Assembly (NCBI GenBank): GCA_030704615.1
Contig: CM060732.1
Coordinates: 80,972,001 to 81,036,000 of the forward strand
Direction: 5' to 3'
DNA from: Takakia lepidozioides
Lineage: Eukaryota; Plantae; Bryophyta
DNA length: 64,000 nucleotides
This document shows, piece by piece, positions 61,767 to 64,000 of this stretch (the stretch's first letter is position 1; each line of letters begins with the position of its first letter). Both the position numbers and the translations under genes were made by a program. The notes beneath the pieces were generated by a model. That model searched no databases. It worked only from the letters and a program-made list of their open reading frames with translations, and had not been told where the DNA came from.

Positions 61767-62606
61767 CTAGTGACTCAGCTGCATTGAATCTTGCGCTAAT
61801 GCTAGAGCAAGAGGATTCTGCAAATTGTATGATTCGAAGTGTGAAGATATGGTGTGATCGCCCACGTCTTTCACCCTTGCACTTGTAATAAACACTGCAA
61901 GTTGGTGTCCAGAGTTACTTCCCAACAAGCTGATGCAATAGTATGTTGATAAGAAGTCGCTATGTCTCTTTCTGTGACGAGGCATGGAATGTCTTTAGTG
62001 TGTCACTGAGTAATCATACAGGTATTGCGGAAATGCCTTGCAGAAGTTGGATTTTTTCCCCTTTCCCAAGGACTGGATGACTAACGAAAGCGACCTTCCA
62101 TTCATTTGCAAAGACTGACAATGGTTATGAACAGCCTGTGCAAGACAGTTCACAAACAGAGAAACATACAACAGAGATAAACAAGACTTTTTGGAGGTTA
62201 CTGAAGCAAAGAAGGATAGTGGACAGAGAGGGAGGGAACCAGGCATACCCTAAACTTTGCGTCATAAAAAATTGCACATGGTGTCAACATCCATTGTGTT
62301 TGAGGTTTTGATATGTTTGAGAAAATCAAGAAACCAGCTCAGGTAGGAGCAAATTTTGGTCCAGATTGATGTGTCAGCCAAGAGGTTGCCGTTTGCCTTT
62401 TCCACGCATGTACATTGTGGACCCTGCGAAAGGGCATAGTCTGGCACCTCCTCCATTGGGGTAGACTCTTCATTTTCCTCCAGGGAAAGTGAACTGTCCC
62501 TCGCTAAATTCATAAGGTCCCCAGAAGCCCGAACATCAATGGATCTGCCCAGAGCAACGCACATGTTCAAAAAAGCAACAAAATCTGTGCCGTGTTCACT
62601 TGACAA
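61767..62606 (-). pseudogene. Disrupted ~280-codon ORF of unknown family
   Basis: Three consecutive minus-strand ORFs separated only by stops or a frameshift (62606-62262, 62246-61995, 61985-61767). No recognised motif. Confidence 0.25.
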
Positions 62607-62821
62607 ACACAGCTAGTGCCCCACTGACAGGACTTAGAAGACTCTGCCTGGGATCAAGCCCTTGGAGGGATTCTAGTTTGGAACTAACGTTATGTAAAAG
62701 AATTGTATAGATCATTAACAATCCAGTACAGAATAGTCTCCAAAGCTCAGGCCAAACATGTGTGACAGAAACGATGAGGAGGGGTGCACCGGCTTGGTCT
62801 CATGATTTTTGGACCTACGGT

Positions 62822-63403
62822 GTGGGAGATCTCGAATTTCAAAGTACTTTGGGTCGTTGGAAATTCAGGAAAAATGGCAAAGTGGGCTTTCCTGGAGCAA
62901 TGATCGGCCCTTCATGTGGGAGATTTGAAATTTGAAGTACTTTTGGTCATTGGAAATTCGTGAAAAATAGCAAAGTGGATATATCAATATATGAAGCCTT
63001 GTCAGGGGAGATTGCAAAAATAGCAAAGTGGGCTTTGTTGGAACAATGACGTGGAGATCTCCCAAACTGCAGGGTCTCTGGATGCATAGGGGATTGCACT
63101 TGGACTTAGATGACATTGGTCGTTGGAGGTCGCACTTGGGCCTCTACATGGGAGAAGTACTTGGATACATAGGAGATGGCACTTGGGCTCAGATTTCAAT
63201 TCTTCTCACATGGGCCAATGGCACAGGCTACCCTAGATCTCCCAAACAAGGGGGTCTCTGGATCCATAGGGGATTTCACTTGGACATAGATGACACTGGA
63301 CACATGGGCCTCGACATAGGAGACGCACTTGGATACGTTGGGGATTGCACTTGGACTTAAATGACACTTAGGACACTTGGGCCAACGGCACAGGCTACCC
63401 TAG
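62822..63403 (+). repeat. Degenerate tandem repeats (~93-bp and ~180-bp units)
   Basis: gtgggagat..gaa.tt..aagtacttt.ggtc.ttggaaattc.. twice; agatctcccaaac..gggtctctggat.catagggga twice; ggcacaggctaccctag twice. Confidence 0.8.
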
Positions 63404-64000
63404 TAGATCATATACATAAGGTGGTCTTATTGCAGATGTCAAACCCTGTCTGAATGGAAGAAAAGTGACTCCGGGCTATTTGTCTTTAGATGAGCCCTGA
63501 GCAAGAATCATCCCCATACCATATACGACTGTCTACTAGATACACTGGCACCTTTCATGGTCTGAGGTATCCACTGTGGTTGATTTGTTTCCCCGATTGC
63601 TCATGAAGGCAGCAATGGTCTTCCTGCAGTCCTTATCACAAAATGCCAACCATCCACACGCGGTTGCTGTGTGGTGGGAGTACCCTGTGACCCCTTTTCA
63701 GCCAGGCTAGTGGCAGCCTAGGCCTATGTGGATTTGAACCCCCGTCTTTCCCAAATGTTCCCTGTTGGATTGCAACTCTGCCCATTTTGTATGCAAATAC
63801 TCATTTTTAACCCTTGTCTTGATACTGAAGTAGAACACCTAGAATGAAAACATGGGTCAGGCCCCTTTCCTCTTTAACGGACAAAGGTTGTCAGAAATGA
63901 AGGAAGGGGACTAATTTCCTACCTTTGAAGCCACCAGCATTGAGGTCCATTAGCCAGCCATGCATCCCATTTACAAATCATGGCCTACCATTTTGCCACC

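Overview
Eukaryotic nuclear DNA from a land plant. The PLS-PPR style and TE set suggest a seed-free plant, but that is inference. A gene-rich core (~12.5-47 kb) is flanked by TE-rich arms. Core genes: (1) an 11-exon ORTHRUS/VIM (UHRF1-like PHD-RING-SRA-RING) gene on +, followed by a ~730-aa disordered ORF with SIM/NLS-like motifs; (2) an intronless PLS-class PPR gene on -, whose DYW deaminase domain survives only as a frameshifted relic; (3) a 19-exon full-size ABCG/PDR-type transporter on - (~1732 aa). The ABCG is the most striking object: it carries a PDZ-like domain (GLGF loop) between NBD1 and TMD1, and both composite ATP sites have non-canonical catalytic motifs, although all frames and splice sites are intact. 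About 20 5'-truncated copies of one (ATTTC)n-tailed LINE family sit in the introns of these genes or just upstream of the ABCG start. The flanks hold decayed Ty3/Gypsy elements (two with a conserved atypical dUTPase-fold domain after the protease), an L1-like LINE, a foldback MITE, a TTAA-flanked piggyBac-like element, an array of ~15 palindromic 22-mers and an intronless dirigent gene. An hAT MITE lies in an ABCG intron. All calls are by eye; no database searches were run.
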